A program made the position numbers and the translations under genes. The notes below the pieces were generated by a model. It did no database searches, was not told where the DNA came from, and saw nothing but the letters and a program-made list of their open reading frames with translations. A stretch of 24,508 bases of DNA from a virus (Duplodnaviria; Caudoviricetes). The stretch lies in the IMG/VR virus record IMGVR_UViG_3300032335_000502, positions 1 through 24,508 of that record; one strand, 5' to 3'. Of the stretch, positions 16,053 through 24,508 are shown piece after piece. Each line of letters starts with the position of its first letter. Position 1 is the stretch's first letter.

Positions 16053-16690
16053 TGCGCCTGCACCACCATGTCCATTTTTCGGTACGGCCGGATCAACGCC
16101 AAATACTCACTGTCGGCGCTGGCGATGCGGGTTGTTGTGAGCATGTCGGTGGCAACCACGCCAAGCGGTGCCTTGTTCCGCTCGAACAGGCGCGACGCCA
16201 TGCGGATGCACGCCTCATTGATCGCGTCAGGGTACGACCCTGTCGAGTTGTACCCGAATGATCCGGTGACCAGTGCACCACGTCGGCGCGTCGGGAACTG
16301 GTATTGCCCGGTGTCGTTGACCACGATCCTCGTGTACGGCGGACCGTCGGCCGGTTCGAGGTCGTAGTCGGTCGCCGACCACGTGAACCCGTAAACCCGT
16401 GTGCCTGATCCTGACGACGAGACGGTCTGGATCGTCGTGACTGACAGGACATCGTCCGGCACGAACAGGGTCAGCGCGTTGTCGGGTGTGTAGTATTTCG
16501 TCGCCGAGACGCTGTAGAAGATGCGTCCGGTGTCCTCGTCGATGACGCGCGACGCTGCCGTGATGGCGGCTGCTATCACCGTATCGTGCGTGGTTGTCGC
16601 GCTCGGGATTGACGCACGCGCCTTGACCTGCGCCAGGCTGCAGTAATCGAATGTCGCGGTCGCCGCCGAGGTGGCTAGGAATGTTGGCAT
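16046..16690 (-). CDS. Head-to-tail connector (HK97 gp6/SPP1 gp15-like)
   Basis: YCSLAQVKA...ITAASRVIDEDTGRIF...PDAINEACIRMASRLF...LIRPYRK. Confidence 0.85.
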   Translation of the reverse strand: MPTFLATSAATATFDYCSLAQVKARASIPSATTTHDTVIAAAITAASRVIDEDTGRIFYSVSATKYYTPDNALTLFVPDDVLSVTTIQTVSSSGSGTRVYGFTWSATDYDLEPADGPPYTRIVVNDTGQYQFPTRRRGALVTGSFGYNSTGSYPDAINEACIRMASRLFERNKAPLGVVATDMLTTTRIASADSEYLALIRPYRKMDMVVQAQW

Positions 16691-16694
16691 GTCG

Positions 16695-17390
16695 TCATGT
16701 CACCGTGATCGCCGTCGGGTTGCTGAAGTTCCAGCCACCCAGTTGCCTCCACAGATAGTACGCGCCAGGGTCGATGGTGAACGTCGCCACGCCAGCCGCG
16801 CTGGTGTAGAGCGTACCGGCAACGACGGTCGCGCCCGCGCTGTCGGTGCTAATCCACACCGCGCACCCCTCGATGGCGGTCAGTCCGTCGGGTTGCCGGA
16901 TCGTCACCACGTACGTGGATGATCCGCTTCCCGTCGCCGGTGCGTACGCCGAGGTTGCCAGCCGCGTGCTTGTCGCCACGTCGGTTCGTCCGAGGATTGT
17001 CGTGACGTCCGCTTGCAAACTGGTGACGCTGGACGGCGCGGTGTACGACGCGGTTGGCAACCGTGACGCGACGGACGCGTCGAGGTACTCGGTGCCCGCT
17101 TTCGACACGACCCATATCGCGGGAATGTGTTGCTGATCCGGCGTCGAACTTGTCGTCTTGAAGATGGCGACGTATTCGCCCTCCACGGTGACCGACGCCG
17201 ATGCGAGTTGGTACAGGTACAGGCCGCCACCGACTGCGGTCGCGCTGCCCGCCGTCACGACTTGCGTCGGTGACGCTGACGTGTTGACGCGCCACACATC
17301 GACCGTCACGGTGAGACCCGTGACGCCTTGCTTGGTGGCGACGTAAAAGGCGTAGAACGTCAGCGCGACGCCGGTCTGTTCTAGTGGCAT
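16695..17390 (-). CDS. Virion structural protein with two predicted beta-sandwich domains, 231 aa
   Basis: T/V/S/A-rich. N-terminal GLYLY...GEY domain, duplicated linker (LDASVASRLPTASYTAP / TDVATSTRLATSAYAPA) and C-terminal TSAAGVATFTIDPGAYYLW. Confidence 0.7.
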   Translation of the reverse strand: MPLEQTGVALTFYAFYVATKQGVTGLTVTVDVWRVNTSASPTQVVTAGSATAVGGGLYLYQLASASVTVEGEYVAIFKTTSSTPDQQHIPAIWVVSKAGTEYLDASVASRLPTASYTAPSSVTSLQADVTTILGRTDVATSTRLATSAYAPATGSGSSTYVVTIRQPDGLTAIEGCAVWISTDSAGATVVAGTLYTSAAGVATFTIDPGAYYLWRQLGGWNFSNPTAITVT

Positions 17391-17391
17391 G

Positions 17392-17661
17392 TCAGCCGGT
17401 TCCTCCAGGCAACGTCACCCCAGTCGCCCTTGCCAAGGCATTCCGGGCCGCCTCGGGCAGGGTCGACTGTCCCGCGATCCACGTTGCAAGCGCGGTCCGT
17501 TCGGCCAGTTCCAAGGCGTCCTTGGCATCCTTCTCGGCGCGTTCCGCCTCGGCACGGGCCATATCCTGCTGCAATTGCGTGATCTCCTCCGCCGTCAACG
17601 GTCGGACGATCTCCACGCCGGTTTCACAGTTGATCTCGATGGCGATGGGTGGTTCATTCAT
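17392..17661 (-). CDS. Small fibre-associated (chaperone-like) protein, 89 aa
   Basis: EINCETG...RPLTAEEI followed by a charged coiled coil. TAATG-coupled to the fibre gene. Confidence 0.7.
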   Translation of the reverse strand: MNEPPIAIEINCETGVEIVRPLTAEEITQLQQDMARAEAERAEKDAKDALELAERTALATWIAGQSTLPEAARNALARATGVTLPGGTG

Positions 17662-19112
17662 TAGGGGAGTCCGTATAAGCGAAAAGTGGACCCGTTAACG
17701 AACGAGTCTCCCGCCGTACAAGTAAGCGTTATAGATGTTATTGCAGATAGTGATTTCCAATACCCAGAAGGACACGACCATGATCCTAAATTGATGCCGG
17801 TCCCACTGTTGTTTCCGTAACTTAACAGTGTGGTTTTAAAGAATGTAGTGGACGTATAGTTTAATATTAATAATACCGCTCCGCCTCCGCTAGTTGCTAG
17901 TCCGTTAGTATTGCTCATTATAACGCCATTCGCTATATATGTAGTGGCTCCATTTGATTGATTTAAATAATTGCTACCTGTATCAGCGTTGAATACAGCG
18001 CTACCCCACTGTTCGGTATAGGCTCCGCTAGAGCGCTGCACGCTTACAAGTTGTAAATGAGTAAATGTACTCGGTATCGAACTGAACGTGTATGTAGCGG
18101 TATTTGCAGTTATGTTCGCACTCGCCAGCAGCGTCGGTACATTACTCAACGTATGCACGTGATCTGCCCGTGCAAGGGTCGTGAGGCTCCCCGTCGCGAG
18201 CGCAGTGGTCTGCCCATTGACGACGACGGGTGTGCCAAACGCCTCGCGACTGTGGCGGTGATCAGACAGCGCCACGGTCGTAGCAGTCCCCGTCGCTGCC
18301 GTGTCGCCGACCGCGGATGCGCCTGCGATGGCTGATCCAGGCATGGCATGGACGTGATCAGCCAACGCCGGACTGGCACTGGTGCCCGTCGCCTGCGTGC
18401 TGGACACCGTCAATGCCGAGGGTGCTGCACCAGCGGGAAACGCGTGCTTGTGATCCTCCCGCGCCACGCCGGTTGACGTGCCAGCAGCAGCCGTCCCGCC
18501 AATCGTGGATGCGGTGATTGTCGTGCCGTATGCCTCGCGACTGTGGCGATGGTCTGACCGCGCCACCGTTGTCGCACTGCCTGCTGACGCCGTGTCCGCA
18601 ACTGCGGATGCGCCAGGCGTGGCGAATGCCTCGCGTCCGTGCGTGTGGTCTGACCGCGCTACCGTGGTCGCCGTGCCAGCGACTGCGCTGTCACCCACCG
18701 CTGACGATCCGGGAGTGCCATATGCCGGTGCGTTCACCGTGACGGCACCCGTTGCGCCGGAGACCGACACGTTCGTCCCGGCCACGATGGATGTGACGCC
18801 GGTGTTGCTGATCGACAGGCTTGTGGTCTGCGACCCGGTAACCGTGATCCCGGTGCCACCAGCAACCACCGGCGCGGTGATCGTGACCGCGCCGGTTGAT
18901 GCGGACACCGTCACGCCCGTGCCTGCGAGACTGGTCACGCCCGTGTTGCTCACACTCAGCGTGGTTGTGCCACTGATCCCGATCCCGGTGCCAGCCGCAA
19001 TCGAGGCTGCAATCGTCGGCGTCGTCGTGCCGGTGACCGTGATGCCGTTACCGGCCGTCACGGATGTCACTCCGGCTGCGCCACCGCCACTTGTGCCGAG
19101 CGGTCCGGACAT
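17661..19112 (-). CDS. Repeat-rich fibre protein, 483 aa
   Basis: GVTS/AGTGI repeats, six DHxH repeats of about 30 aa, and a C-terminal globular domain (TFSSIPSTFTHLQL...AITSITL...GSTFRLYG). Confidence 0.8.
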   Translation of the reverse strand: MSGPLGTSGGGAAGVTSVTAGNGITVTGTTTPTIAASIAAGTGIGISGTTTLSVSNTGVTSLAGTGVTVSASTGAVTITAPVVAGGTGITVTGSQTTSLSISNTGVTSIVAGTNVSVSGATGAVTVNAPAYGTPGSSAVGDSAVAGTATTVARSDHTHGREAFATPGASAVADTASAGSATTVARSDHRHSREAYGTTITASTIGGTAAAGTSTGVAREDHKHAFPAGAAPSALTVSSTQATGTSASPALADHVHAMPGSAIAGASAVGDTAATGTATTVALSDHRHSREAFGTPVVVNGQTTALATGSLTTLARADHVHTLSNVPTLLASANITANTATYTFSSIPSTFTHLQLVSVQRSSGAYTEQWGSAVFNADTGSNYLNQSNGATTYIANGVIMSNTNGLATSGGGAVLLILNYTSTTFFKTTLLSYGNNSGTGINLGSWSCPSGYWKSLSAITSITLTCTAGDSFVNGSTFRLYGLP

Positions 19113-19114
19113 CG

Positions 19115-19447
19115 TTATTCGCTCGCCGAACCGACGACGGTGATGCTGCCGGACGTATACGCCGTGATATTGGCGCGGATCGCCGTCAGGCCGGAGGCAT
19201 CGTCAGCGATGTACACACCAGCCGTGGTCTGCGTGGTCGAGTGCGTGCGCGCTGCGGTTGACAGGTCGGACAGCGCGTACGTCACGTAGTTCGTGCCGTC
19301 AACCGTCGCCTGGAAGGTGATCGTTCCCACGAACGTGCCGGACACTTGGAACATCGCCCGGTTGTACCCGGCCATCAGGATCGACGTCCCCGCGCCAGTC
19401 GCTACCGCCGCCGTCTGCATTGCCGTCACGCCGGATTGACGCGCCAT
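19115..19447 (-). CDS. Small beta-rich virion protein, 110 aa
   Basis: GGAGG RBS before the ATG at 19447; FQVSGTFVGTITFQATVDGTNY...IRANITAYTSGSITV. Confidence 0.75.
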   Translation of the reverse strand: MARQSGVTAMQTAAVATGAGTSILMAGYNRAMFQVSGTFVGTITFQATVDGTNYVTYALSDLSTAARTHSTTQTTAGVYIADDASGLTAIRANITAYTSGSITVVGSASE

Positions 19448-19469
19448 CGTAAACCTCCAGAATTGCACG

Positions 19470-19508
19470 GTGCATGGGCGCATGCCGGAGACCGGCACGC
19501 ACCTGCAC
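19470..19508 (-). terminator. Intergenic stem-loop (attenuator or mRNA stabiliser)
   Basis: GGUGCGUGCCGG/CCGGCAUGCGCC 12-bp stem with two G-U pairs on the minus strand; no clear U tract. Confidence 0.45.
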
Positions 19509-19516
19509 CCGTCGTG

Positions 19517-19963
19517 TTAAATGCCTTCGAGGTATGCCAGCACCCATACCGTTACCACGATGTCGGCAGTGATCGGCGTCCACGATGCCGTGGTCAACTT
19601 GACGCCGACGTACGATCCGGCAACGCCGCGGTCGCTCTCGCGACTCTGCTTCGCATACGCGGCGGTCGTGTCAGTCGCGTTCAGCACAGTCTGCAATCCG
19701 GTAACGGTGCCATCAATCGTGGCATCCGCGGTCAGTGTCCCGGCCGTGCGTGCGGTGCTTGCGCGGATGGAGACCCCGACGATCTCGAAGTCGAATGGCA
19801 GGGTGTATCCCGGTACCGCGAGCACGTCGTCAGTGGTTGCGGCGCTGTCGCGCACCTCCACGATGTTCATGGCGACGGCGGTCTGGCTATCAGCCACGTC
19901 GGCTTGGCCGAAGTGCAGCGCGATCAACTGGCCCTTGGAAATAATGCGTTCAATGGCGGTCAT
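19517..19963 (-). CDS. Probable capsid decoration/cement protein, 148 aa
   Basis: Directly after the major capsid gene; GAAGGA RBS; beta-rich composition. Confidence 0.7.
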   Translation of the reverse strand: MTAIERIISKGQLIALHFGQADVADSQTAVAMNIVEVRDSAATTDDVLAVPGYTLPFDFEIVGVSIRASTARTAGTLTADATIDGTVTGLQTVLNATDTTAAYAKQSRESDRGVAGSYVGVKLTTASWTPITADIVVTVWVLAYLEGI

Positions 19964-19983
19964 GTGCGTTCCTTCAGGCAAGC

Positions 19984-20009
19984 GTGACGGCCGGTCGCCC
20001 GACCGTCAC
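19984..20009 (-). terminator. Stem-loop after major capsid gene
   Basis: GUGACGGUCGG-GCGA-CCGGCCGUCAC: 11-bp stem with a GNRA loop and a weak U tract. Confidence 0.5.
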
Positions 20010-20033
20010 CTGCCCATCGGCTGGTGTCGCGTG

Positions 20034-21542
20034 TTAGGCGACGGTGATGTTGTACAGGACGTCGGCGCACTCGATGCCCGATACAGCGCCCGTACCGGAG
20101 TACCGGCCGAGACCCGCACGGACGTAGAGCGCGATTACGAACTGATCGGTCTTGATGTCGCGGAAGGTCTCGACGCGGATGCGCCGACGGAATCCGAGAC
20201 GGAACCCGTTGCGGTTGAATGCGGCAACCTGGCCCTTGACGTTGTTGGCGCTGGTCGTTGACACCTTGCCGTCCGCCTCAGTCTTCGACATCGCCATCGA
20301 CGTGATCAATGGCGACTGGCCGATGCGTCCCAACTGTCCGGTCAGGACGGTGGCGCTCGGTCCGAATTTGTCAACCGAGATGACCTCATCAAGGCTCGCG
20401 CACTTGTCGGCGGTGTCAGGATCGGCGACGTAGATCAGGTCCGACGGATTGGTCGGATGTCCCCAGTCCTGAAGGAGCGCATCCGACCGCATGCGCGCCT
20501 GCTGGCCCTTGAGAAGACCCCATGTGACCGCGCCCGCCGCGTCCTTCTTGTTCGCCGTATTGTCGGTTAATCCCGCCTTGCGGATGCCGTTGAACGCCAG
20601 GTAATGCTTGGTGTCCGCCGGATCGGCGTCGTCCAGGTTGATGTTTCCCGTCGCGGTGTTGGTCGTGTCACCGTTGAGGATCAGGCTGTCCATGTAGTGC
20701 GCAGTGGCGCGTGCCAACTGTGCCCGCAGAAACGGCACGAACGGGATGATGCTGTCCTCGTCGAGTTCGCCAGACCAATACTGGTTGAAGCCGAGTTTGG
20801 ACGCGGTGATCGACACGCGGTTGCTACCCGTCTTCGTCGACGTGTTCGCCGACGCGCCGGATGCGGTTGCCTCGGAGAACAGGAGCATCTCCGGTAGGTC
20901 CGCCTCGACCGGCACATACACCGTCGGGTCGGTCATCTCGAATTGCGGGATCAGCGCCATGATGCGGCTCTCGGCCTGCGCAGACATCCACAGGTCACGG
21001 ACGTATTGCGCCCCAATCAACTGGCTACCGAAGCCGGACTCGGCCGAGTCCATTGCCTTGCGGTACGCGCTGGTCGCCCACCACATGCCCTTGGCCGCGA
21101 GTTCGCGATCAGCGCCTGCGAAGGAACTGACCGGCACACGCGGAAACAGGTTGTCAATGGCACGCTGGTCAATCGCCTTGACCTCGGCCTCCGGCATGTA
21201 GTGCGCATCGCTGATGGCCTTGAACGCGTTCTCTAGGTCAGTTGATGGCCCGCGTCCACGGCCCGCGCGCTGCTCGGCGCAAGCGATGTCGTAGAGGAAC
21301 TCGACGTCCGAGATGTTGAGGTTATGCCGGGCGAACTTGGAACCAACCAGTTTCTGGTCGGTGCCGAAGCGGATCTTCCGCACGAACTCGCTGTTCGGGT
21401 TGGCGACCTCCGCGTCGATGATCTGCTTGGCGATCTGTGCGGCGCGTGCCTCGAAGGCTGCGTCGTTGGTGACATGCTCAGGCAAGCTCTTCAGCCGCGC
21501 CTGCACGTCGTTGAGGATGGTTCCGATATCAGCGGTTGACAT
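20034..21542 (-). CDS. Major capsid protein (HK97 fold) with long N-terminal extension
   Basis: Follows the protease (TAATG coupling). ELDEDSIIPFVPFLRAQLARA...DSLILNGD, G.I..SPLI and C-terminal ALYVRAG. Confidence 0.9.
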   Translation of the reverse strand: MSTADIGTILNDVQARLKSLPEHVTNDAAFEARAAQIAKQIIDAEVANPNSEFVRKIRFGTDQKLVGSKFARHNLNISDVEFLYDIACAEQRAGRGRGPSTDLENAFKAISDAHYMPEAEVKAIDQRAIDNLFPRVPVSSFAGADRELAAKGMWWATSAYRKAMDSAESGFGSQLIGAQYVRDLWMSAQAESRIMALIPQFEMTDPTVYVPVEADLPEMLLFSEATASGASANTSTKTGSNRVSITASKLGFNQYWSGELDEDSIIPFVPFLRAQLARATAHYMDSLILNGDTTNTATGNINLDDADPADTKHYLAFNGIRKAGLTDNTANKKDAAGAVTWGLLKGQQARMRSDALLQDWGHPTNPSDLIYVADPDTADKCASLDEVISVDKFGPSATVLTGQLGRIGQSPLITSMAMSKTEADGKVSTTSANNVKGQVAAFNRNGFRLGFRRRIRVETFRDIKTDQFVIALYVRAGLGRYSGTGAVSGIECADVLYNITVA

Positions 21543-22930
21543 TATTGTTTCTCCAAGAACGCCTTGAGAGCGTCAAGATTGGCGGCGAGTCCCTCGCCTC
21601 CGTAGGGTAATGCCGGCGCCGGAACTTCCGGTGCCGGTGCGTCGCCTCCACCCAATGACGCCAATACCTGAGTGATCAGGTCCAGCGCTTGGCGCAGCCG
21701 CATCTCGTTGCTGCCGGACAGGACGCGACCCGCTTTCGCATGATCCGCTTCGCCTTCCCAAAACAATCCGAAACGCTCGGCCATGCCGAGTTTGGCAACG
21801 GTGTCCGCCGGGACATAATCCGGCGGTTCCTTATCCAAGGCCTTGTAAACGCGTTCGAGTCCATTGTAGGCGCGGCGTCGCACCGCGTCCGTGGTCTCCG
21901 TGTCCATCAGCACCGCCAGCATCGCGCTGGCGACCAACGGCCACACCGCATCCGCAAACCCTGCAACGGGGATTGTGTCCGCATCGTTCGACAACGCGGC
22001 AATGCGCGTCTCCTCGATGGCTTTCCAGGCTGGCGCCTCCCGCCCAAAGTCGGTGTAATGCTTCGCAAGGTGGTCGTACACCGGTTTGCGGTCCGCGTCC
22101 GGCATCATGACGCCGCCTCGGCCACCAAACATGATCGACATACACTGCGCGACGCCACGCCACACACAATCGTATGGCCCGGCCACGGTGTGGTGCGCGA
22201 GTTTGTAACCCGCCTCGACATCGGCACGTTCAGGATCGACCCACGCGCACATCCGCTTGAGATCGTCCACGCTCGCCTTTGCTGTCTCGGCTGGACCGTC
22301 CCAAGATTGGCTTTCGGGCGCAAGTCCCGTCTTGCGATAAGGGATCGCGCCACGCGTCACGTTGTCGACAACCGGCGAGCGATGCGGAACCATCGAGCGG
22401 ATGCGAATGGCATCGGCATTGGCCGGGATCGGGACGACGGAAATTTCCAACAACTCCTTGCGTACGTGCCTGACGGCAATGGATGGGTCGGGTGCCACGC
22501 TCACAAGCGCTTTCATGGTCTCGTCATCGACGGAGCGAGATGCCCGCAATGCCGCCATGTCAGGGTATTCAATTGCAAGCGGTCGAAAACCCACCGAGAC
22601 GGCGCGAAGGTCGCCACCGTCCACAAGTGATCGCGCAAGTGCGCCATACTCGGAGTCGTTGAACCGGATGTCCGCGGTCCAGCCGTTGGCGTCCTGGTTG
22701 ATCGCCACGCACCGCCCGACGATGGACTCAATACTTTCGTACGAGTGGCTGTCAAGCACGACCGGGTTGGTCAGGTACGAGGTAAAGTCCCACCCATCAA
22801 CCGTAACAATTTCGCCTTGCCGGTCCATGCGGTCGGTGGTGATCACGAACGTGTAGAGCGGGACGCCGTCAGGCCCCACCTGCTTCGTGCTAAACCCAGC
22901 GTTGGTGTACTGGCGTGCGTCCATTGGCAT
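21542..22930 (-). CDS. HK97-family prohead protease with accessory domains
   Basis: DRQGEIV...NPVVLDSH...G.LRAVSVGF...ELLEISVVPIPANADA; C-terminal KAGRVLSGSN motif. AGGA before the ATG at 22930. Confidence 0.9.
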   Translation of the reverse strand: MPMDARQYTNAGFSTKQVGPDGVPLYTFVITTDRMDRQGEIVTVDGWDFTSYLTNPVVLDSHSYESIESIVGRCVAINQDANGWTADIRFNDSEYGALARSLVDGGDLRAVSVGFRPLAIEYPDMAALRASRSVDDETMKALVSVAPDPSIAVRHVRKELLEISVVPIPANADAIRIRSMVPHRSPVVDNVTRGAIPYRKTGLAPESQSWDGPAETAKASVDDLKRMCAWVDPERADVEAGYKLAHHTVAGPYDCVWRGVAQCMSIMFGGRGGVMMPDADRKPVYDHLAKHYTDFGREAPAWKAIEETRIAALSNDADTIPVAGFADAVWPLVASAMLAVLMDTETTDAVRRRAYNGLERVYKALDKEPPDYVPADTVAKLGMAERFGLFWEGEADHAKAGRVLSGSNEMRLRQALDLITQVLASLGGGDAPAPEVPAPALPYGGEGLAANLDALKAFLEKQ

Positions 22931-22935
22931 CAATC

Positions 22936-24508
22936 CTAGCCTATTTCGAAGGTCATGGTGCACCGACAGTTGACGACTTCCTTCGCCGATGGCAACTGGT
23001 GTGGTGCAGGTCCGGTGTCATCGCCGACGTGGAAATCGGCATCGATTGGTACGTTGCGGTTCCGCGCGTCACGGTGTGCCACAACGTGCGTCTCGCGGGT
23101 CCGCGCGTCCAGTGCCGCAAGCCAGTTCTTGCCGGTGACGACGCCGGATTGCTTGGCACCTTCAAGACTGCCCGCGTTGGATGCGCCGATGACCTCGGTG
23201 CGCGCAATGGCTTCGGTTCGCCACGTCGCGGCGTCGGTGAATACCTGCGCCACACGCAACTGCAATGTCGGGATGTCCTCGCCAGACGCCAGCCCGGCCG
23301 CGAGGCTCAGTTGCAACGTATTCCACGTCGTTTCGTTGACGGCACGCGCAAACCGTTGCGCCCTCCCCTCGAGGATGGTGACCGCGCGCGGGTCTCCGAG
23401 GTCAAACGACATGGCAATATTCAGGTCGTCCAACGTGGCTTGTCCGCCGTCCTCCATCGTCGCGCCGATCAACGGCAACCCGAGCGCGCGCAATTGACGG
23501 TTCCATGTGGCAAGGTCGAACGGGTCCGCCTGCGCGCCCCCCGCGTCCTTGATGGCTTTGGCCCGAAGTTTGGCGCTGACGCTGTCGCCTTGGCGCCGGA
23601 AATACTCACGCAGTGCAGCCATGAACCGCGCCTCGTGCTTGTCGGTGCGGGTGGTGAACGCTTTCCAGATTTTCTGGTGCTCGACGCTGCCGTATTCCAC
23701 CCACGCTTTCGAGGTAACCTCAATGACGGGTGCCGTTGAGGGAAGCGCCAACGTCGGCCATTCAATGGCTTGCAATGCCTTGATAGGTGCTGGTGCCGGT
23801 GTGGTTGGCGCGGGTGCGCTTGCATCGCTGACCGGTACCAACGTGGCTGGCAACCATGCCGCATCGCCCCACGCAAACCCGGTCTTGCCCGGTGGCAGGA
23901 ACCGTGGCGCCAACTCCTGAAGTGCCCGGTTCAGCGGTACGCCGACGCCGACAAGTTTGACCACCTGATCGATGACTTCAGCGCGGTCTTCCTGCAAGGT
24001 CTCGATGTCCGAGGCATCGAACTCGACTTCGTCGGCCTCGGCGCCGAACAACGGGACCAACTGTTCGGTGATCTCGTCGGCCAGGAACCGCGCCTCAGGT
24101 AGCAGCGTGTCGGTCCACAACGCCTTCGCGGCCTGCTCGTAATTGGAGTAGGTCGAATGCGTCTGGTCGCCGATCAGTTGCGGCGCGACGCCGTATACCG
24201 TACACACCTCGCGGACCCCGTACGACATCAGGGACAGGAACTCGGCGTCCTTCGGTGTCAGGTTCATCGGCGTGAACGAGATCGGCTGCGTCAGGACCGC
24301 CGTGCGGTGCGCCTTGTCAGCGCCCTTGAACCGGCGCTCCAGCATCTGGCTGAGTTGTTCGGCCTGCTCGCGGGTGAGGCTTGACGTTTTGTCGGCGGGA
24401 CCGATGACGCCCGACAGCATCATGCCGGAGTCGAAGATCTGGCGGTTGGAGCGCATCGCGCCCGCAGCCGTGTCGATTGCCAGACGCGCGGATGCAATCG
24501 GTGACAAC
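22936..24508 (-). CDS. Portal protein fused to MuF/SPP1 gp7-like minor head domain (5' partial)
   Basis: Portal motifs SPI...TPKDAEFL...VYGVAPQLIG...TYSNYEQ, then a Pro/Ala linker, then IARTEV...KNW...DARTRETH...NCRC. Confidence 0.85.
   Translation of the reverse strand, partial: LSPIASARLAIDTAAGAMRSNRQIFDSGMMLSGVIGPADKTSSLTREQAEQLSQMLERRFKGADKAHRTAVLTQPISFTPMNLTPKDAEFLSLMSYGVREVCTVYGVAPQLIGDQTHSTYSNYEQAAKALWTDTLLPEARFLADEITEQLVPLFGAEADEVEFDASDIETLQEDRAEVIDQVVKLVGVGVPLNRALQELAPRFLPPGKTGFAWGDAAWLPATLVPVSDASAPAPTTPAPAPIKALQAIEWPTLALPSTAPVIEVTSKAWVEYGSVEHQKIWKAFTTRTDKHEARFMAALREYFRRQGDSVSAKLRAKAIKDAGGAQADPFDLATWNRQLRALGLPLIGATMEDGGQATLDDLNIAMSFDLGDPRAVTILEGRAQRFARAVNETTWNTLQLSLAAGLASGEDIPTLQLRVAQVFTDAATWRTEAIARTEVIGASNAGSLEGAKQSGVVTGKNWLAALDARTRETHVVAHRDARNRNVPIDADFHVGDDTGPAPHQLPSAKEVVNCRCTMTFEIG

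Noticed and set aside
17661-18130. Diversity-generating retroelement variable region
   Set aside because: No template repeat or reverse transcriptase seen in the window, and the compositional shift covers a whole domain.
14-24384. Numerous long plus-strand ORFs (e.g. 1114-2202, 12612-13730, 21689-22630)
   Set aside because: Antisense shadows of high-GC minus-strand genes, with no recognisable motifs or RBS-coupled organisation.

Overview
A 24.5 kb, high-GC (roughly 60-65% by eye) segment of a tailed dsDNA phage or prophage with siphovirus-like gene order. All credible genes are on the minus strand. In transcription order (right to left): partial portal fused to a MuF/SPP1 gp7-like domain, HK97-type prohead protease with extra domains, major capsid protein, five decoration/fibre-like genes, neck genes, two paralogous tail-tube-like genes, a tail assembly chaperone with a -1 slippery site, tape measure protein, minor tail and Gly-rich fibre genes, and a lysis block (M23 peptidase plus small membrane proteins). 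An early/replication region follows. It has two near-identical sigma70-type promoters sharing an 18-bp palindromic operator, a D12-class DNA adenine methyltransferase, an XRE HTH regulator, a Rad52/Sak-like annealing protein, a PD-(D/E)xK nuclease and a truncated primase that is missing from the ORF track. The most unusual signals are (i) a five-hairpin minus-strand RNA at 6480-6703 whose C/U-rich loops and linker are complementary to the ribosome-binding regions of the phage's own early genes, with a second hairpin cluster at 7020-7145, and (ii) operator-controlled early operons arranged like anti-defence (acr-aca-type) loci. No database search or folding program was run. All product calls come from motif recognition and synteny.
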